Program-made: the position numbers and the translations under genes
Shown here: positions 60,498-64,000 of the stretch, piece by piece
Numbering within the stretch: the first letter of the stretch is position 1
Layout of the letters: each line of letters begins with the position of its first letter
The notes under the pieces: model-generated
Told to the model about the DNA's origin: nothing
Databases searched by the model: none
What the model saw: the letters and a program-made list of their open reading frames with translations, nothing else
Assembly: GCA_030704615.1 (NCBI GenBank)
Contig: CM060732.1
Location: forward strand, 12,028,001-12,092,000
Direction: 5' to 3'
DNA: 64,000 bases
Source: Takakia lepidozioides
Lineage: Eukaryota > Plantae > Bryophyta

Positions 60498-63400
60498 GGT
60501 CGTCACATGAGTTGGTTTCGATCTTTTTCTGATAGATTGCTAGGCACTTTTTAAGGGCCAGGAATCTTCATTTCTGTGCAGCCGAGATCTCACGACTCAT
60601 GTCTTGGGCAGCTTTACTTGTTGCTTGAATCTTGAGGGTAAATCTTTGAATAGGGCATTGGGCGTTGGTTGCAGATTGCTTCCAGACCTGTTCGAGACCG
60701 AGTTTGAATGAGGGGATAAAAAGGTGGAGGTGTTGAGTTTGTAGATACTCTCCTTTTTTTCCTAGCAAGGGGCATGGAAAGCGATGCAGCACTACAGCAT
60801 GGTCGAAACCTTGAACAATAGGCTCCTGAGGGAAAAGCGTAGCTCCATTGGAGAGAGAGAGGGAGACGTATATCCTATCTAGTCTGGCCATGCAGAGGTC
60901 TTGTAAGGATCGATTATTTGTCCAGGTGAAGAAGGGGCTAGTACTACCGGGGAGAGGCTGTGGCGATTCAATCTCGGAGAGGTTATGGGTCTGGAGAAGA
61001 GATTGCCAAGGCGCATCTTCATCAGGGTTGAGGCGAGGAGAAGCAGAGCCGCGCCTATCTTGGTCATTGTCAACCATGTTAAAATCTCCCGCCAGCACCC
61101 AAGAATGAGTAAGTGGCTGAGAGTCCATTTTTTGATTAATGAGGAACCATAGGTCGGCTCGCTCTGGGTGGCTGTTAGGGGCATGTATGTTTACAAAACC
61201 TATAGGATCGGGCTGGCTAGGAAGTTTGAGAGAGCAGAACTGAACTTGCCCTGGCTCCCAGACTTCTTCTTTGAGGATAAACTGGGCAAGGGAGGGTGCC
61301 AGTAGAATGGCGGTGCCTCCTCTAGAACCCTCGTACGATGGCTTCCAGAGGGCAGCCAACATTGGCCATAGGTGGTCAGAAAGGTTGGAGATCTTACCTT
61401 GGCAAAGCTTGTGTTCTTGGATGAAGACTATGGCCTCTACCTGCTAGAGAGGTACCAACCAAGTGCGCAATTTTATTTTTTTAAGAGCAGCCTGGTCAGA
61501 ACCAATCCCTCTGATGTTCCAAGAATGAATACTAACCTGCATCTTGAGGGATGGACAGGCTGAGAGGAAACTCTCAAATGATGACCTGGTCTTGAAAAAA
61601 TTGAATTTCGTTTTTTTGTCGTGTGGGAGAAGAGAAGAAACCCATTTATGGTTCAATGGGGCTTTGGGGGCGGGGCTGCAGATCTCAATTATCAATACCA
61701 GTGTGGAGGAGGAGTAGCCAGTGCTATGATTGGTGTGTAGATCAGGTTGGAATCTGGCTGGGGAGAGAATTTCAGAGTGGATCTTCTTAGTAGTGTCCGC
61801 GATTTCCAGGAAAAAGTCTGAAAGGAGGATAAGTCTAAGGGGGTTAGGGGTGCTGTGAGGAAAGGGACCAGCGTCTACCATGAAAGAAAAGGAATCTTGG
61901 CTGTCAGGGTAGGCAATGGAAGGCAGGATTTTGGTCCGGGAGACATGATCGGATTGAAGACAGAATTTTACAAACATTGCTCCAACGAGAGGAAGGGGAG
62001 AAAATAAAAAAAGGAACGGGGCAGGGGTTGGAACTTACGTGGTAAGTGAGAGCGTGAAGGGGGAGGAGGGTTGGCGAGGGCAGCAGTGGCGCTTCATGGG
62101 TGAGAAAGATGTTGAACTGGCGAGCAACTGGAGCTGAGTCTACAGCTTGGGGAAGAGTGTTCCGAGATTGATGAGCCCGAGGGGGGAGAATTTGCAAATC
62201 GGAAGAAGAGGATGAGTGGTTGGAGCCGAGTGGGTTGTAGGAGGGTTGTTCATTGATCCTTTTGCGTTCGATCTCTTTGTTTTGCTCATCCATTCACTAC
62301 AGGAAAAGGGGGGGGTTTTCGACGTCGCGGCCATACCGCAGCCATGCCGCGGCGTCGTAAAACAGCCCTTTTCGGGCAGGGGGGAAGAACCAAATTTGCG
62401 ACGCCCGGGCGTCGGACAAAAAAAAAAAACCTACTATGCAATGTAAAATTATTATCGTCACTAAGGGCGCCCCAACGCCTCTGCGACGCCAGGGCGTCGC
62501 AACAGCATCACCACAGTGAGAGGTTTTTTTTTTTTTTTTTTTTTTTTTGGGCTTTGCGGCCCTCAACTTCATAAAAGCGTCACTGGGGGCGCCCCGCACT
62601 GGGACGCCCAATGTTGCGATGCCAGGGGGTCGCAATGGTGTTGTGGTCAGCTTAGGTCATCACAAGGACGTCGCTTGGGGCGTCTGGCGGTGGGGAGGTG
62701 CAACAATGGCGACGACGCTGGGGCTGGGGCTGGGGCTGGGCACTAAGGCTGTGGAGGTTGCAACTCCCCGGCATCACAAGAGAGACCCCCTTAGAAGGAA
62801 CTTGAAGAAAATCTTTATATGTATATATATAGATTGCTTTTGTGATACATAGATGTAGCGTAGGTGTGTTGGTTAGTTTGTAGTGTCTTAGAAATGTTAT
62901 AACGTGGAGGTCTTAGGTTCAAGTATGCATTGCATGATATATGTAGAACAATGAACATATCGCCATTAGACAGAACCGGAGTCAATGGTCAACGCGGGGG
63001 TCGCAAAGTGCGACGCCCGGACGTCACAATTTAAGGGGGTACATTCGAATTTAGGCGGGAAAATTTGAATTTCAAAAACTTGTTGATCATTGACTCCGAC
63101 GCTTTTGCGACGCCGAGGCGTCGCAACATGGCAAGAAAAAAAATCCGTCGCAGCGAGGGCCCTCTTTCCCCCTTCATGCCACCTTACGACGGCTGGGCGT
63201 CGTAATGGTGTCGCAACGACGGATCGGCGTCGCAAAAAAATGCCGCGGGCTCGGCGTCGCGGGCTCAGCACCGCGCGGGGTGTGGGGCGCAGCTGGCGTC
63301 GCAAACCACCCCCCCCCCCCCCCCCCCCCCCCCCATTTGTTGTAGTGATTTTGCTTTCCAGTACAGCATGTGCCATGGAGTAGGGTGAAGGCTGAGTGAA

Positions 63401-64000
63401 TCGTGTCCCTTGCTCGAATGGTAGCTAGATTTGTAGTTGGGAGCTGGTCATAGGGTGGCATACGAATCCAGAGACCTTTCCCCTCCAGACATTGACCAGG
63501 CATAGCCTTCTCTTCGATGAGTGCTAATATCTAGGTTGATGGTGTGAGGGCAGAAACCAGTCCAGGATATTGCCAATGTAGGATCCCCAGGTGATGAGTG
63601 TTTGAGCCTACAACGAGTAGTTTATATTGTACTTGTGCAGAATCGTTTGGATTTTCTCTTTGAGTGTTGGAATGGGGTCATTGTCGATGGGGCAATGGCC
63701 ATGTATTACTGCACATCTGCCGTGGTGATCCAATGGGACTCCAAACCAATCTCATAAGGAGTAGTGGCGAGGAGGGCAGGTTGCGGTGATCTCCTAAACA
63801 TGAGGGGGGTAATGCACGTTGCCTTGGGGTCTGTCACAGGTCGCAACCGCGTAGAACAAGGTTTGGATAGGAGCGGAGTTGGGCACATTTCCTTGCAATG
63901 ATTGGATTAATTGCAATGGTAGTCCTACCCCGACTTGGTGCCATTCCTGCTGCCTTTGATCTTGCTTGAAGATGGGCTTGAGATGTGGATGAGCTGACCT
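60498..64000 (-). mobile_element. L1-like LINE fragment: ORF1 remnants and APE endonuclease part of ORF2
   Basis: MQVSIHSWNIRG, GFVNIHAPN, WVLAGDFN, FTWTNNR, ARLDRIY and DH motifs (60568-61545); frameshifted, RT missing. Confidence 0.88.
62295..63347. mobile_element. Non-autonomous CACTA element, 1053 bp, nested in the LINE
   Basis: CACTACAGGAAAAGGGGG...CCCCCATTTGTTGTAGTG termini, 3-bp TSD ATT on both sides, GCGTCGC/GCGACGC subterminal repeats. Confidence 0.93.

Noticed and set aside
62297-63503. Arg/Gly/Lys-rich ORFs
   Set aside because: They come from GC-rich subterminal repeats and homopolymer runs of the non-autonomous CACTA.

Overview
Eukaryotic, intron-rich plant nuclear DNA, probably from a non-seed land plant (inference from the gene and TE content). 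Four host genes are recognisable: a MEX1-like maltose transporter, a Methyltransf_29-type membrane methyltransferase, a PAQR/HHP heptahelical protein and a DUF829/TMEM53 protein. They sit among DNA-transposon and LINE debris (hAT, PIF/Harbinger, CACTA, MITEs, LINEs, PPR and RPS3a fragments). The standout is the first ~10.9 kb, an apparently intact Mutator-like element with two divergent genes. One is a two-exon GCM-like/DDE/SWIM transposase (+). The other is a 10-exon gene (-) that I can splice by hand into a ~1173-aa protein joining a ParB/Srx-like domain to a bacterial-type beta-class amino (N6A/N4C) DNA methyltransferase domain. The element's two long introns and its 3' non-coding region carry about 18 copies of one 24-bp palindrome. 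Together these suggest a transposon-encoded system that recognises and marks its own DNA. A second notable structure is a 7.7-kb CACTA element (TSD TTG) holding an inverted copy of its own left flank and an FCP1/NIF phosphatase-like domain. All splice models and family calls were made by eye; no database searches were run.
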